From the NCBI GenBank assembly GCA_963813075.1, contig CAWEXU010000005.1, positions 32,001 through 96,000 on the forward strand: a stretch of 64,000 bases of DNA, read 5' to 3'. Below the pieces are notes generated by a model. It was not told the origin of the DNA. It saw nothing but the letters and a program-made list of their open reading frames with translations, and did not search any database. Origin of the DNA: Methanotrichaceae archaeon (GTDB lineage: Archaea > Halobacteriota > Methanosarcinia > Methanotrichales > Methanotrichaceae). Position numbers and translations under genes: made by a program. How positions within the stretch are numbered: the stretch's first letter is position 1; each line of letters begins with the position of its first letter. Positions 11,701 to 24,543 of the stretch are shown in pieces.

Positions 11701-11933
11701 TCAAAGCCGTTCATGGAGCGGTAACGGAGCACAGAGTCCTTGATCACCTTGTTCCAGGCGGTTCCCAGGTGAATGCGTCCTGTGGTATAAGGCGGCCCAT
11801 CCACAAAAAAGAACTTCTTGCCGCCCAATCTCAATTTTCGAACTTGGCGGTAGCTGTCCGCCTTTTCCCACAGCGATCTTATCTCATCCTCAAGATCTTG
11901 CGCATTGTACTGCCCAGCCACCTCACCGATCAC
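8772..11933 (-). CDS. ileS: Isoleucine--tRNA ligase
   Basis: DGPPY, HLGT, GWDMHGLP, WCISRQRYWG, KMSKS; probable GTG start at 11933 behind GGAGG. Confidence 0.97.
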   Translation of the reverse strand: MIGEVAGQYNAQDLEDEIRSLWEKADSYRQVRKLRLGGKKFFFVDGPPYTTGRIHLGTAWNKVIKDSVLRYRSMNGFEVKDRAGWDMHGLPIEVKVEESFGFRNKKDIEAYGVDKFIQRCKEFALRQKDDMTAQFKILGAWLDWDDPYMTLKNEYLEAAWWTLKKAHENNLLERGSRVVNWCPRCQTAIADSEVEYWDETDYSIYVKFPVKGEENTYIVIWTTTPWTIPANVAVAVNPAFQYSRVRAWKDGKSEILIMASELVDSVLKTGRYQDYELLQDLSAKEMQNLKYEHPLIDLVPRQREIEHGVYAADFVARENTGCVHIAPGHGLEDYELGLDHHLEIFCPVGGDGRYTAEAGEKYQGQYVKEADSNVINDLEERGKLLAQGRLAHRYGHCWRCKTPIIFIATSQWFLRISDLRDKMLEEISRVTWYPEWAGSARFADWISNARDWCISRQRYWGIPLPIWTCPDCGHMEVIGTASELEERSGQKLVDLHRPDVDAIMLDCPCGGKMVRSPDVFDVWFDSAVASWATLRFPSHEEEFNEWWPADFITEGHDQTRGWFYSQLGASMVSFGRAPYKSVLMHGFTLDDQGRKMSKSIGNIVQPEEVVEKFGADILRTYVLGANAPWEDLHFSWEAIENTSRMINIFWNAYRFALPYMVLDDFDLKKADLSLYTSSLRPEDRWILSRVNSLAEEITAEMEGYQLHRIVRSISDFILEDLSRWYIQLVRPRTWIEQDDPAKLAAYATIYEVLVKLARLMAPFTPFISESIYQNLVRGLDENATESVHMCDWPRADKEWIDLGLEESMDLVREVSMAASNARQKGGRKLRWPVSEIVIAPSKETVDLGGLEDVLRGQTNSKKITVLSIGEKPRMDLEMSPVHKKIGPVYKGEAKLVVEAIAAAEPAAVKADLDRDGQAVLRHQGREFNITTEMVQFREIPPENLPAAEFSRGFVYVDITLTPELEAEAYAREIIRRIQDMRKELDLRVEDQIRAVVDIESKPILDLVVGRKEHIAGEVRAAEFKMGLGLQIQGLMVKDWDVEGVCMRIGIDRA

Positions 11934-12069
11934 TTGCAATCCTCCGAAAAACGATTTGCATCCATGTAACACCTCTATATTTAGCCTTTGTTGCATCTTT
12001 AGAGGGCTTCGTTCTTAGGAGGAATATTGATATACGGATAGCCCAAACCCTATAATTGAGGGGTTATAT

Positions 12070-13026
12070 ATCAAAGAGGAGATCTGGATAGAGAAGTACC
12101 GGCCGGAGAGGCTGGACGATATTGTGGGCCAGGACGAGATCGTCCGCCGTCTAAAGTCCTATGTGAAGACGCGAAACCTGCCCCACCTTCTTTTCTCCGG
12201 GCCGCCGGGGGTGGGCAAGACCGCTGCCTCCATCTCCATCGTCAAAGAGATATTCGGCGAGACCTGGAGGAACAACTTCATCGAATTGAATGCCAGTGAC
12301 GAGCGGGGCATAGATATCATCCGCCATAAGGTGAAGGATTTCGCCCGGATGGCTCCTTTAGGCGAGGCGGATTTTAAAGTGATATTCCTGGATGAGGCCG
12401 ATGCCCTGACCAACGATGCCCAGAGCGCTCTGCGCAGGACCATGGAGAGATACTCCGCCACCACCAGATTCATCCTCTCTTGCAACTACTCCTCCAAGAT
12501 CATCGAGCCCATCCAGTCCCGCTGTGCGGTCTACCGCTTCAAACCCCTCTCTCCCGTTGCAGTGACAAAGAGGATCAAGTTCATAGCCGGAGAGGAGGGG
12601 CTAAAGGTTTCAGATGGCGGTCTTTCCGCCATCGAATATGTTGCCGGAGGCGACATGAGAAAAGCGATCAATGCCCTTCAGGCGGCAGCTTTAATGGGCG
12701 ACGAGGTGGACGAGGAGACGATCTACCAGATCACATCCACCGCCAAGCCTGAGGAGATCAAAAGCTTCATCAGGACCGCACTATCTGGGGATTTTTTAGG
12801 AGCGCGAACGATACTGGATGATCTCCTGCTCTCTAAAGGGCTCTCCGGCCAGGATGTGGTGGTTCAGATCCACCGGGCGATGCTGGACCTGGATGATATC
12901 GGGGACCGGGATCGGGTGAAGCTGATCGACCGCATTGGCGAGATCGATTTCCGCATGACGGAAGGGGCGAACGAGAGAATTCAGCTCGAAGCCCTGCTGG
13001 CATACTTCGCCCTGATGGCTTCATAA
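12070..13026 (+). CDS. rfcS: Replication factor C small subunit (start codon uncertain)
   Basis: WIEKYRP upstream of the called [11 protein letters not shown] Walker [17 protein letters not shown] motif. Confidence 0.95.
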   Translation: MKEEIWIEKYRPERLDDIVGQDEIVRRLKSYVKTRNLPHLLFSGPPGVGKTAASISIVKEIFGETWRNNFIELNASDERGIDIIRHKVKDFARMAPLGEADFKVIFLDEADALTNDAQSALRRTMERYSATTRFILSCNYSSKIIEPIQSRCAVYRFKPLSPVAVTKRIKFIAGEEGLKVSDGGLSAIEYVAGGDMRKAINALQAAALMGDEVDEETIYQITSTAKPEEIKSFIRTALSGDFLGARTILDDLLLSKGLSGQDVVVQIHRAMLDLDDIGDRDRVKLIDRIGEIDFRMTEGANERIQLEALLAYFALMAS

Positions 13027-13109
13027 TGAATATTTGAATCCCGGATAGATTCATAGAAGAAATGAATATCTTAATTATAGTTTTACTTTATATTGAGGCT
13101 GGCAGGGGC

Positions 13110-16100
13110 TCAGCCATTGAGGATCAGAGTGTGGCTATGCTCTAAAGCGGCGTTCAGCTCCTCGATTCGCACCGGTTTGGATACATAGTCGTCCATTCCG
13201 GCATCCAGACATACTTCTCTATCTCCTTTCATGGCGTGAGCAGTCATGGCGATGATGTAGGGCTGGTGGCATGGTGTGCTGCGTATGCACCTTGTCGCCT
13301 CCAGTCCGTCCATCTCCGGCATCTGCACATCCATCAGCACCACATCATAGGGCCTCTTCTTCAGCGCGGCCAGGACCTCCCGTCCATCTGCAGCGACATC
13401 CGCCCTGTAGCCCAGCCGCTCCAGCATACGTATGGCTACCTTCTGATTGACCACATTGTCCTCGGCAAGCAGTATTCGCAGGCTCTTTTGAGGCTGCTGG
13501 TCGGACAGGGGCAGAGGCTCTTCCGGCAGATCTCTATGGATATCGGGATCGGGCTCTTTCGAGGCTTCCGCCTGGATGGTGAAATAAAAGCTTGAGCCCT
13601 CTCCAGGAATGCTCTCCGCCCAGATCCCTCCTCCCATCAGCTCAGCGAGATGCTTGCAGATGGCAAGACCCAGTCCCGTGCCGCCATACTTGCGGGTGGT
13701 CGAGGCATCCACCTGGCTGAAGGACTGGAACAGCCGGCTCATGCGATCTTGCGATATGCCGATCCCGGAGTCACTAACCCGGAACTGGATCTCATGGCCG
13801 TCCTCTACCGGAAGAGCGGACACATCCACCCGGACGAAACCCTTCTCTGTGAACTTGACCGCATTTCCCAGCAGATTGACCAGGATCTGTCTGAGCCTGG
13901 TCAGGTCTCCCAACAGATATCTGGGGACACGTGGCTCGACCTCATAGCCAAAAGAGAGGCCTTTAGAAGAGGCGGCCTCGGCCACCATGTTCAGTGATGT
14001 CTCCAGGCATTCATAAAGGTCGAAGGCCTCCCGTTCCAGCTCCATCATCCCTCCCTCGATCTTGGAGAAGTCCAGGATGTCTGATATAACCTTGAGCAGA
14101 GAGTCTCCGCTGCTGCGAATGGTCTCTATGTAGTCCCTCTGCACCGAGTCGATCTTGGTATTGAGGAGCAGGCCGGTGAAGCCGATCACCGCATTCATTG
14201 GGGTCCTGATCTCATGGCTCATATTGGCCAGGAACTCGGACTTGGCTTTCGTGGCAGATTCTGCCCTCTCTTTGGCCTCGCGCAGGTCCTGTTCTACCTT
14301 CTTTCTCTCTGTGAGGTCGGTGCTCACAGAAATAATACCGATCAGTCGCCGCTTCTTGTCGTACAGAGTGCTGAATGCATATGAGGCGGGAAACAGATTG
14401 CCGTCCTTCCTCTGTGCCGGGTATTCGCATTCACAGTAGCCCTGGTCGAGGATATCCTTCACCAAATCACCTAAGGTGGATTTAATCTTCGGTGGTATGA
14501 TGGTATCCTGAATCCTCTGCCCCATCACCTCCTCCGCCTTCCACTGGTAGAGCGACTCGGCGAACCGGTTCCAGTATATGATCCTGCCCTCCAGATCAGT
14601 AGCTATAACGGCGTTTCTGACCTGGTCGAGCAATGATGCCTGGAATGCCACTCTTTCTTCTGCTGCCTTCCTCTCGGTGATATCCTGGCCCTGAGCAATG
14701 GTGGCGATGACACGCTTCCCGGTCTCATCATATATCGTCGCCGAGTTCCAAAGGACCGTTCTGATATCCCCGCTCTGGTGCAGGATGGGGATCTCGACCG
14801 CATCCCAGCTCTCGCCGGAGAGGGTCCTCTGGATATAGGCGAACGACTCCGCCCGGCTCTCATCGGGAAAGAGGATTCCTAATGATCGGCCCAGGACGTC
14901 ATCCGCAGGGCGGCCGGTAAGCCTCTCGAAGGCATGATTGAACCTGGTGATGCAGAAGTTCGGGTCCCAGACGATGATGGGGGCATTGGCATGGCCTAAG
15001 AGGTTCTCCAGATAATCTCTGGTCTCCCTGAGGTCGGAGGCAGCCCGTTTGAGCCCCTCAGAAGAGCGCTTGTTCTCAGTTATATCGTTGCCAATGCACA
15101 GGACCTCTACGGTCTCTCCCCGGTCGTTTACAACCAGCCGGTGCGACCAGGCGATCCAGACCCGCTCTCCATTGGATCTTATGTTCTCCGCTATATGGGT
15201 GGAGCATTCCTCTGGGTGCTCTCCCATAAGCGCTATTATCGCTTTGAGGTTGCAGACCTCGGCGCCCCGAGGAAAGATGGTGCTGGACACATTGCACCCC
15301 AGGATATCCTCCTCTTTGTAGCCGAAGAAGTGCAGGCCGAACTTGTTGATGAACCTGATAGAGCCGCTGGTGTCCACTCTGATGATGACGCTGCTTGATG
15401 TCTCCACCAGCTTGCGGTACTTCTCTTCGCTCTCCCGGAGGGCGGATTCCGCCTCGAAGCGGCCGATAAATCCCCCGATGGCGCTGGCCATGGTCATCAG
15501 AATCGAGACCTCTCCCCAGCCCCAGGCCCGCTCCTGTTTTCGGTCCTCAAAGCCGATGAAGCCCCAGAACCGGTCTATGGTGAATATGGGAACTATCATA
15601 AAGGAGAGGACATTGAGCATCTCCAGCAGTCCCTTCGCCGGCTGGGGCTGTTCCTGGGTCATTCCCCGGATGGGCATCCCTCCGGAGAGGGTCTGGAACC
15701 ATTGCGGAATGGAGCTGTATGCCCTGTAGCCCTGGTCCGGCTGGTGAACCATCCCAAATGCGGTATCCACATCGGCATTCGATGTCCATTCGTAGCGAAG
15801 CCAGATCTGATTCCTTTCCAAATCGTCCAGATAATGCTCATAGATGCAGGCCCGGTCCACATTGGCAGAGCAGCCTAAAATTTCCAGAGACTGGGTGAGA
15901 GCTACGTCCATCTCCTCCGAGATCAGGAGCTGGTTTGTGGCCAGAGCCGCACCGGCCAGGATCCTGTCCCTTTCGCGCAGATCGTCCTTGTGGCCCGGAG
16001 CCGCTTTCGATATAGTTGCCTCTTCTGGACGATCCTCCTCTTTCGCCGGGGAATGGTTCGATCTTTTCAATGTGATTATGGATCTGCCTTTATGATCTTC

Positions 16101-16376
16101 CTCCTGGATTGTGGCAATGGAGTACTCTATTCTTCTTCCCAGCAGATCGGCCTCCCCTCGAAGGATCTGGCCTTCGCGCCCTCGGGCAGACTCGATTATA
16201 CCTCTGCATAGATCTTCCAGAGCTTCCTGGCAGCCCCTGCCAGCAGCCAGAGACTCTGCCATCTCCTCTGCGGCAGGGTTGAAATAGAGGATCTTTCCGG
16301 ACTCTTCGCAGATGCATATCCCCTCATCCAGAAGCTGCAGGGCGGAAAGGAAGATGTCTTCTCCGGCCATAATCAT
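13110..16376 (-). CDS. Hybrid sensor histidine kinase (PAS-GAF-PASx3-HisKA-HATPase-REC)
   Basis: FLANMSHEIRTPMN H-box, NLLGNAVKFT, DSGIG, GGTGLGL, receiver LMDVQMPEMDG. Confidence 0.95.
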   Translation of the reverse strand: MIMAGEDIFLSALQLLDEGICICEESGKILYFNPAAEEMAESLAAGRGCQEALEDLCRGIIESARGREGQILRGEADLLGRRIEYSIATIQEEDHKGRSIITLKRSNHSPAKEEDRPEEATISKAAPGHKDDLRERDRILAGAALATNQLLISEEMDVALTQSLEILGCSANVDRACIYEHYLDDLERNQIWLRYEWTSNADVDTAFGMVHQPDQGYRAYSSIPQWFQTLSGGMPIRGMTQEQPQPAKGLLEMLNVLSFMIVPIFTIDRFWGFIGFEDRKQERAWGWGEVSILMTMASAIGGFIGRFEAESALRESEEKYRKLVETSSSVIIRVDTSGSIRFINKFGLHFFGYKEEDILGCNVSSTIFPRGAEVCNLKAIIALMGEHPEECSTHIAENIRSNGERVWIAWSHRLVVNDRGETVEVLCIGNDITENKRSSEGLKRAASDLRETRDYLENLLGHANAPIIVWDPNFCITRFNHAFERLTGRPADDVLGRSLGILFPDESRAESFAYIQRTLSGESWDAVEIPILHQSGDIRTVLWNSATIYDETGKRVIATIAQGQDITERKAAEERVAFQASLLDQVRNAVIATDLEGRIIYWNRFAESLYQWKAEEVMGQRIQDTIIPPKIKSTLGDLVKDILDQGYCECEYPAQRKDGNLFPASYAFSTLYDKKRRLIGIISVSTDLTERKKVEQDLREAKERAESATKAKSEFLANMSHEIRTPMNAVIGFTGLLLNTKIDSVQRDYIETIRSSGDSLLKVISDILDFSKIEGGMMELEREAFDLYECLETSLNMVAEAASSKGLSFGYEVEPRVPRYLLGDLTRLRQILVNLLGNAVKFTEKGFVRVDVSALPVEDGHEIQFRVSDSGIGISQDRMSRLFQSFSQVDASTTRKYGGTGLGLAICKHLAELMGGGIWAESIPGEGSSFYFTIQAEASKEPDPDIHRDLPEEPLPLSDQQPQKSLRILLAEDNVVNQKVAIRMLERLGYRADVAADGREVLAALKKRPYDVVLMDVQMPEMDGLEATRCIRSTPCHQPYIIAMTAHAMKGDREVCLDAGMDDYVSKPVRIEELNAALEHSHTLILNG

Positions 16377-17044
16377 CTCACCAGGACTGCCCGGACGGGA
16401 GTGGCTTCGGCATCTTTTATTCTCAGGGGAAGGCAGATCAGCCAGTATCTGCCGGGTGGGACCGCGCCAAGGTCGATCCCCTCCAGGACCAGGACGTCGT
16501 TTTTCAGGAGGATATTGTGAACGGGCAGGAATTCGTCCTCATATTTATCCACAGAGAGATAGTCGATCCCCACCAGGCCCGCGCCTTTAGTGATGCATAT
16601 CTTTGCCGCGGCTAATGAGACGTGGACGTAATCGGGCGAGAAGATGGGCTTACAGATCAGCCTTTGGGAGCTGTTGCCGGTCTTGAAGAGTATGGCCTCG
16701 CCTCTTTCGATGCTTATGTCCTGCAAATCCTGGGGTGAGACGGCATCGGTATCCTGGACGGCGATAACTTGTGCGGGGGTGATGAACCGCTCCAGTGGAT
16801 AGTCGTCCAGTGCCCGTCCATCCCTGAAGATATGGGAGGGGAAGTCCAGGTGGGTTCCCGCGTGGGAGCCCAGAGTGATGGCAGAGAGGCGAAAATCAGA
16901 TCCCTCCTCGAATCCCGCCATCCACTGCTGGGTGAATTTGCGGTCTCCGGGATAAAGGGGTGCGGTCCCTATAGGTGCACTTATATCGAGCAGCTCTTTT
17001 TTTGCCAGGGCTTCGGTGAGGGCCAATTCTGGGGGATGGTACAT
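16373..17044 (-). CDS. Cyclase family metal hydrolase (kynurenine formamidase-like)
   Basis: HAGTHLDFPSH motif, GIDYLSVD, PVRAV C-terminus. Confidence 0.9.
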   Translation of the reverse strand: MYHPPELALTEALAKKELLDISAPIGTAPLYPGDRKFTQQWMAGFEEGSDFRLSAITLGSHAGTHLDFPSHIFRDGRALDDYPLERFITPAQVIAVQDTDAVSPQDLQDISIERGEAILFKTGNSSQRLICKPIFSPDYVHVSLAAAKICITKGAGLVGIDYLSVDKYEDEFLPVHNILLKNDVLVLEGIDLGAVPPGRYWLICLPLRIKDAEATPVRAVLVR

Positions 17045-17203
17045 AGGATTCCTAATTTATTTAGGAGCTATCTACTCTTAAATATTTCTGCCAATATAGC
17101 CTCTGTTCCTCTGTGGTTGGGTCAGGATCGCAGTTCACCCAGGTGCAAAAAGATACAGAGAATTTGCGATTTAAGTTCACCCATACTACATAGCGAGGGG
17201 CCG

Positions 17204-17488
17204 TTATTTTTTGTCCAGCACCCGGATGAGGTGATAGCCGAACTGGGATTTGACCGGCCCTATGATCTTGCCCTTCTCGCCCTCAAAGGCGGCCTTCTCA
17301 AACTCAGGGACCATCCTGCCCTTGCCAAACCAGCCCAGGTCACCGCCGCTTTTTCCCGATGGGCACTGCGAGTACTTGCGGGCCATCTCCGTAAAGCTCT
17401 CCTGACCTGCTGCCAGCTTCTCTTTGACCTCTAACGCTTTTTTCTCCGTTTTGCACAGAATATGTGCGGCATGAACTTCTTTTACCAT
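17204..17488 (-). CDS. ppiC: Parvulin-type peptidyl-prolyl isomerase
   Basis: HIL, SQCPSGKSGGDLGWF, MVPEFE, SQFGYHLI. Confidence 0.93.
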   Translation of the reverse strand: MVKEVHAAHILCKTEKKALEVKEKLAAGQESFTEMARKYSQCPSGKSGGDLGWFGKGRMVPEFEKAAFEGEKGKIIGPVKSQFGYHLIRVLDKK

Positions 17489-17592
17489 AGGTGAGTGGTG
17501 TTGAGGAGAGGGGATAAAAAGATAGGGGTCCCGTCTTATTGGCAGGCAGAGGATAAGCGGTGCAGATATGGCGCTGATGCTTCCAATGGCGG

Positions 17593-17778
17593 TTACTGCA
17601 GTATCTCCTGCACCCGGCCCACCTGGCCGTCCTCCAGCCTCACTTTGATGCCATGGGGGTGAAATGAGGAGCCGGTGAGGATGGTCTTTACGATCCCTCG
17701 CGTTCTCTTTCCGCTGCGCTGGTCCTTCTTCAAGACAATCTCCACCTCCAGGCCTGGCCGGATATCGGCACGGTTCAT
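17593..17778 (-). CDS. YwbE family protein (DUF2196)
   Basis: IVLKKDQRSGKRTRGIV..HPHGIKVRLEDGQVGRV; start trimmed to MNRADI. Confidence 0.88.
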   Translation of the reverse strand: MNRADIRPGLEVEIVLKKDQRSGKRTRGIVKTILTGSSFHPHGIKVRLEDGQVGRVQEILQ

Positions 17779-17983
17779 ACCGCTCTTTGCGGGCATCAAG
17801 CCCTGATTCTCTCCTATCCCATTTATCAAGCCTTTGGCAGGAATGATATCCAGGAGCGTAGCTCGGCCTTCAAAGGCAATCTTTATAAGGAGAGAGGTGC
17901 AGCAAGATCTCTGCGCAGAGCGTGCCCTCAACCGATGAAGGTTTGGGGAATCATCAGCGCTAATAGTAGGGGATCATCCTGCT

Positions 17984-18055
17984 GCCAAGGTGGCGGAGCG
18001 GCTACGCAAATGCCTGCAGAGCATTACCACTCCGGTTCGAATCCGGACCTTGGCT
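17984..18055 (+). tRNA. tRNA-Cys(GCA)
   Basis: Acceptor GCCAAGG/CCTTGGC, anticodon arm AATGC-CTGCAGA-GCATT, T arm TCCGG-TTCGAAT-CCGGA, discriminator U. Confidence 0.96.
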
Positions 18056-18203
18056 TATCATTTTTAAGGATTTCATGATCTCTCTTCACTCCAGGGTGCG
18101 CTTGTCAAATCCCTTCATCATGGCCCTCAAGTGATGGTAATGCGTTTGGTTTTGTTGCAGCATATTGTATTAATCTGATCTCGAAATTTATGATATATTT
18201 TAG

Positions 18204-18217
18204 GGAAAAGCTTATAT
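18204..18217 (+). promoter_or_regulatory. Probable BRE/TATA promoter of gyrBA
   Basis: GGAAAAGCTTATAT about 55 nt upstream of gyrB; GGAGG RBS at ~18255; similar AAAGCTTTT motifs precede other genes (38886, 47503, 48881). Confidence 0.55.
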
Positions 18218-18263
18218 CTGCTCAAGTCAGTTTGATACAGTCCTAATTATTAAGGAGGCTTAG

Positions 18264-20162
<1,899 letters not shown>

Positions 20163-20170
20163 GGTGTATC

Positions 20171-22564
20171 GTGACAGAAGTACTGGTTAACATCACCGAG
20201 GAGATGAAGTCCTCTTACATCGATTACGCCATGAGCGTTATTGTGGGGAGGGCTCTGCCCGATGTTCGAGACGGATTGAAGCCCGTTCACCGCCGCATTC
20301 TCTATGCCATGTATGAACAGGGCATGACCCACGATCAGCCCTACAAGAAATCCGCCCGCGTGGTGGGCGATGTGATGGGCAAATACCATCCCCACGGCGA
20401 CTCGGCCATATATGAGACCATGGTCAGAATGGCCCAGACCTTCTCCATGCGCTATCCTCTGATCGATGGTCAGGGCAACTTCGGCTCCATCGACGGCGAT
20501 CCGGCAGCAGCCATGAGGTACACCGAGGTCCGGCTTTCCAAAATTGCGGAGGAGATGCTGGCTGACATCGAGAAGAACACCGTGGACTTTGTACCCAACT
20601 ACGACGGCTCGTTAAAGGAGCCGACCGTCCTCCCGGGAAAGCTTCCCAACCTGCTCCTCAACGGCTCGACTGGAATCGCTGTGGGCATGGCGACCAACAT
20701 CCCACCCCATAATCTGAATGAGCTGGCCGGGGCGATCATCTATCTGATAGACAATCCCCTGGCATCAGCGAGCGAGCTGATGCAGTATTTGCCGGGCCCG
20801 GATTTTCCTACCGGCGGCTATATCGTGGGCCGGGCGGGCATCGAGTCCGCCTATCTGACCGGCAAGGGGAGCATACTCATGCAGGCAAAGTCGGAGATCG
20901 AGGAGGGGTCCAAAAGCACCAGGATCATCTTTTCCGAGCTGCCCTATCAGGTGAACAAGGCCAAGCTGATCGAGGATATGGCGGAGATGGTCAAAGGGGG
21001 ACGGCTGGAGGGCATATCCGATCTGCGGGATGAGTCGGACAAAGATGGCATCCGCATGGTAGTGGATATCAAGACGGGATTCAATGCCAATGTGGTCTTA
21101 AATCAGCTGCATAAGCACACCGCCTTGCAGACCAGCTACGGCATCAACAACATGGTCCTGGTGGACGGGATGCCCAGGATCCTCTCCCTGAAAGAGACCC
21201 TGGAGCAGTACATCTATTACCGCTCCATAGTGGTCGAAAGGCGCACCCGCTTCGAGCTGGATGCGGCGGAGAAGAGGGCCCATATCCTGGCTGGCCTGCT
21301 CATCGCTCTGAGGAACATCGATGAGGTGATAAGGATCATCAAGGCCGCCTCAACGCCCGCTGAGGCCAGGGATGGTCTGATGGAGGCATTTCTCCTCTCC
21401 GAGGAGCAGTCGAAGGCGATTTTAGAGATGAGGCTGCAGAGGCTGACCGGTCTCGAGCAGGAGAAGATCGTCTCCGAGGCGGCAGAATTGGAGCGGCAGA
21501 TCGAGCGGCTCCGGCAGATCCTCTCCAGCAATCTGGAGATCCTGAGCATCATCAAGGATGAGCTCATGGAACTGATCAGCAAGTACGGCGACGAGCGGCG
21601 CACCCAGATCATTGAGGCCGAGGGCGAGGTCACCAATGAGGACCTCATTCAGGATGAGGAGGTGGCAGTGACCATCACCAGCTCCGGGTACATCAAGCGC
21701 CAGCCCCTCAATGCCTACCGCATGCAAAGAAGAGGCGGGAGGGGTGTTATCGGCGCTGAGACCAAGACGGAGGAGTTTGTGACCGATGTCTCCACCGCCT
21801 CCACCAAGGACTATCTGCTCTTCTTCACCGATAAGGGCAAGGCCCATTGGCTCAAGGTCTACGAGGTCCCCGCTCTGGGAAGGGTGGCGCGGGGCAAGTC
21901 CATTGTGAACCTGCTCCAGCTGGAGGCGGATGAGAGGATTGCCGGAGCCATCCCGGTGAAGAGCTTCGAGACGGGATATATCGTGCTGGTAACCAGGAGC
22001 GGCAATATTGTGAAGATGCCCTTGCAGGCCTTCTCCAATCCTCGCAAGGGAGGGATCAAGGCGGTGAACCTGAAGGGGGACAGCCTGGTCTCGGCCAAGC
22101 TGACCAATGGAGACAAAGAGCTCCTGGTGGCTACCAAGTTCGGAAAGGCCATCCGCTTCAAGGAGGGCGATGTGCGTGCCTCCAACCGGGGGACCATGGG
22201 GGTGAAAGCGATCAGCCTGAACATGGGAGACGAGCTGATCAGCATGGATGTGATTGAGTCCGGCTCAGGCTCAACTCTGCTCACCATCACCAACCAGGGC
22301 TACGGTAAGAGGACGGAACTCGAGGAGTATCCCCAGCAGAGGCGGGGGGGCAAGGGCGTCAAGAACATCGATGCCCGGAAGGGCTATGTCTGCTGCACCA
22401 CCACTGTCTCCGAGGACGACGAATTGCTGGTCACCACCAGGGACGGGGTGATAATCAGGATACCGGCCAGCGACATCCGGGTGCAGGGCCGATCGACGCA
22501 AGGGGTGCGGATCATGAATGTCAAGCCGGGAGACGAGGTGGCGGCGATAGCCAGGATCAAATGA
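20171..22564 (+). CDS. gyrA: DNA gyrase subunit A
   Basis: [32 protein letters not shown], GyrA-box QRRGGRG, C-terminal pinwheel repeats. Confidence 0.98.
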   Translation: MTEVLVNITEEMKSSYIDYAMSVIVGRALPDVRDGLKPVHRRILYAMYEQGMTHDQPYKKSARVVGDVMGKYHPHGDSAIYETMVRMAQTFSMRYPLIDGQGNFGSIDGDPAAAMRYTEVRLSKIAEEMLADIEKNTVDFVPNYDGSLKEPTVLPGKLPNLLLNGSTGIAVGMATNIPPHNLNELAGAIIYLIDNPLASASELMQYLPGPDFPTGGYIVGRAGIESAYLTGKGSILMQAKSEIEEGSKSTRIIFSELPYQVNKAKLIEDMAEMVKGGRLEGISDLRDESDKDGIRMVVDIKTGFNANVVLNQLHKHTALQTSYGINNMVLVDGMPRILSLKETLEQYIYYRSIVVERRTRFELDAAEKRAHILAGLLIALRNIDEVIRIIKAASTPAEARDGLMEAFLLSEEQSKAILEMRLQRLTGLEQEKIVSEAAELERQIERLRQILSSNLEILSIIKDELMELISKYGDERRTQIIEAEGEVTNEDLIQDEEVAVTITSSGYIKRQPLNAYRMQRRGGRGVIGAETKTEEFVTDVSTASTKDYLLFFTDKGKAHWLKVYEVPALGRVARGKSIVNLLQLEADERIAGAIPVKSFETGYIVLVTRSGNIVKMPLQAFSNPRKGGIKAVNLKGDSLVSAKLTNGDKELLVATKFGKAIRFKEGDVRASNRGTMGVKAISLNMGDELISMDVIESGSGSTLLTITNQGYGKRTELEEYPQQRRGGKGVKNIDARKGYVCCTTTVSEDDELLVTTRDGVIIRIPASDIRVQGRSTQGVRIMNVKPGDEVAAIARIK

Positions 22565-22673
22565 GGGAAGAGTCCGGGGGAGAGAGGCTGGGGTGCTGGA
22601 GCTTTTGTCGTTATCCCGGCCGTTGACCCCACCGGGCCGAAACGCTCATGAAAGTTCGGAATAATTGCTATCC

Positions 22674-23817
22674 TCACTGTTCGCTGTTCTCTTCTTCCCG
22701 AACTATTGCCGATAAGCTGCCGATGTATTGCCGATATTTTGCCGATAAACTATAGGATCGAGCACGACGGGAGGGATCGGCTACTTCCAGCCAGCCATCT
22801 TTAACCCAATCCGTTAGAAGGTTCCTGGCCATGCGCTCGGAGAGGCCAAGCTCTGTTGCCACCTGAGGAGCGGTGACGGTTTCCTTTGCAGCAAAGAGGC
22901 CGAGCACCACCCTTGCCCTGATGATCCAGGCGGCGCAGCTCCTCCGGCTCGGCCCCTCCCAAGGCGCACTTTTGGGCAGTGAGCCGGACGGCCTCAAAGA
23001 CTGTTGCCAGAGTGGAGATGAAGTATTCCAGCCAGGGCGTCAGATCGGCCTCGCTTCTGCCGAAGTAGTAATTGTGATGGGGATGAGTAGTCAGGGCTTG
23101 ATAGTAGCCGGGCAGATCTCGGGCGTGGTGCTCTTCCAGGGAGAAGAAGCCGTTCAGGCCGTAGCCGCCTTTGTGCAGGATAAATGTGGCCAGCAGGCGG
23201 GCGGTTCTGCCGTTGCCGTCGTAGTAGGGGTGAATGGTGACAAACTGGTAGTGGACCAGGCCGGCTATGAGGGGTGCAGGCAGCCCAGACCTCTCAGCTT
23301 CCGCTGCCCAGGCCACCAGGGAGGCCATGAGGGCTGGGACATCCTCTGCTTCCGGGGGCAGGTAGATCAAAGCGCCTGTGGAGCTGTTCTTGATGGCATT
23401 CTGGCCTTCCCGGTAGGGCGTAGGTTTCGCACGGGGGCCGACCTCGACCAGAGCATGAAGCCTCTTGATCAGCTCCTCAGTGAGCGGCTTTTTCTTCTGT
23501 GCCCAATCCTCGACCCTGAGGAGAGCGTTCCAGTAATTTCGCACCTCTGAGACATCCCTCTCCCGGCCGGCGATTTGCAGATTGGCGTCGGCGATTGCCG
23601 CCTTTGCCTGGGACAAGGTGAGGCGGTTTCCTTCAATGAAAGTGGAGTAGTGCACCGAACGCACCCGAGCATGGGCCCGAAGCTCGGCCTCGGCGGCGGG
23701 CGGCAAGGGCGTATGCTCCACTAAGGCGCGGGCTGCCTCGATCTGCATCAGGCCGCGGGCGATGGCGGGGGTGAGGGTGACGCGGGGGGACCAAGCAGTT
23801 TCTGCCAAACCAGTCAT
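22674..23817 (-). CDS. Fic family protein with C-terminal wHTH (frameshift near 22920)
   Basis: Canonical [12 protein letters not shown]ic motif, STFIEGN; second frame supplies the HTH ([17 protein letters not shown]). Confidence 0.9.
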
Positions 23818-24542
23818 AATTTCCCCAAATTTGCATTCGAAGGCATCTCATCCCACAAGCGGCCCTCAAGTTTTCGACCTGCTTTCTTCTTGTTTATGCC
23901 GCCCCATTGCTTAAAGAAAAATGGAACATCTGCTTTCTGGCATTGATCACGAATGCTAGTTACCCATGAAGGATTCATCGCTCTGGCATTGGGTCCTGAT
24001 TCTCCACCCACAATAACCCAATCGATACCTTCCAGATTAAGGTGATTCAAAGGCCCTAGCATTGGCTCAATAGAAAGGAATTTGATGTGGGCTTTTGTTT
24101 GACGAAGGTTATCTATTCGATAGCAGTAATCATTATTCTCAACGCTTACCCCCATCCAAATGTTGGGTGACCATTTCAACTCTGAATCTAGATCTAATAA
24201 TCTCCCTGACCTCTTGGTTAGAACCTGGAATCGATGCCAATGTGCCTTTTGCATCACATCAAATACTCGAAGGATGAAATCCAGCGGGACGTCTTCGTGG
24301 AAGAGATCGCTCATGGAATTAACGAAGATATTCATCGGCTTCTTCCAATGAAGTGGTGTATCTAGAGAGTTCTCGTGCAGTGTAAGCTCAAATCCGTGAG
24401 AGTAATTTGGCTGGCCCATGGCCTTGAGCCGAATGGATAGCCGCTCTGCATAACAATTTTTGCAGCCTGGGCTGACTTTTGTGCAGCCAGTCAACGGATT
24501 CCAGGTTGCTTCAGTCCATTCGATGCTCGACTTTGATCCCAT
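23814..24542 (-). CDS. DUF5131 / phage Gp37-Gp68 family protein (three-Cys radical-SAM-like)
   Basis: [53 protein letters not shown]. Confidence 0.93.
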   Translation of the reverse strand: MGSKSSIEWTEATWNPLTGCTKVSPGCKNCYAERLSIRLKAMGQPNYSHGFELTLHENSLDTPLHWKKPMNIFVNSMSDLFHEDVPLDFILRVFDVMQKAHWHRFQVLTKRSGRLLDLDSELKWSPNIWMGVSVENNDYCYRIDNLRQTKAHIKFLSIEPMLGPLNHLNLEGIDWVIVGGESGPNARAMNPSWVTSIRDQCQKADVPFFFKQWGGINKKKAGRKLEGRLWDEMPSNANLGKL

Positions 24543-24543
24543 C

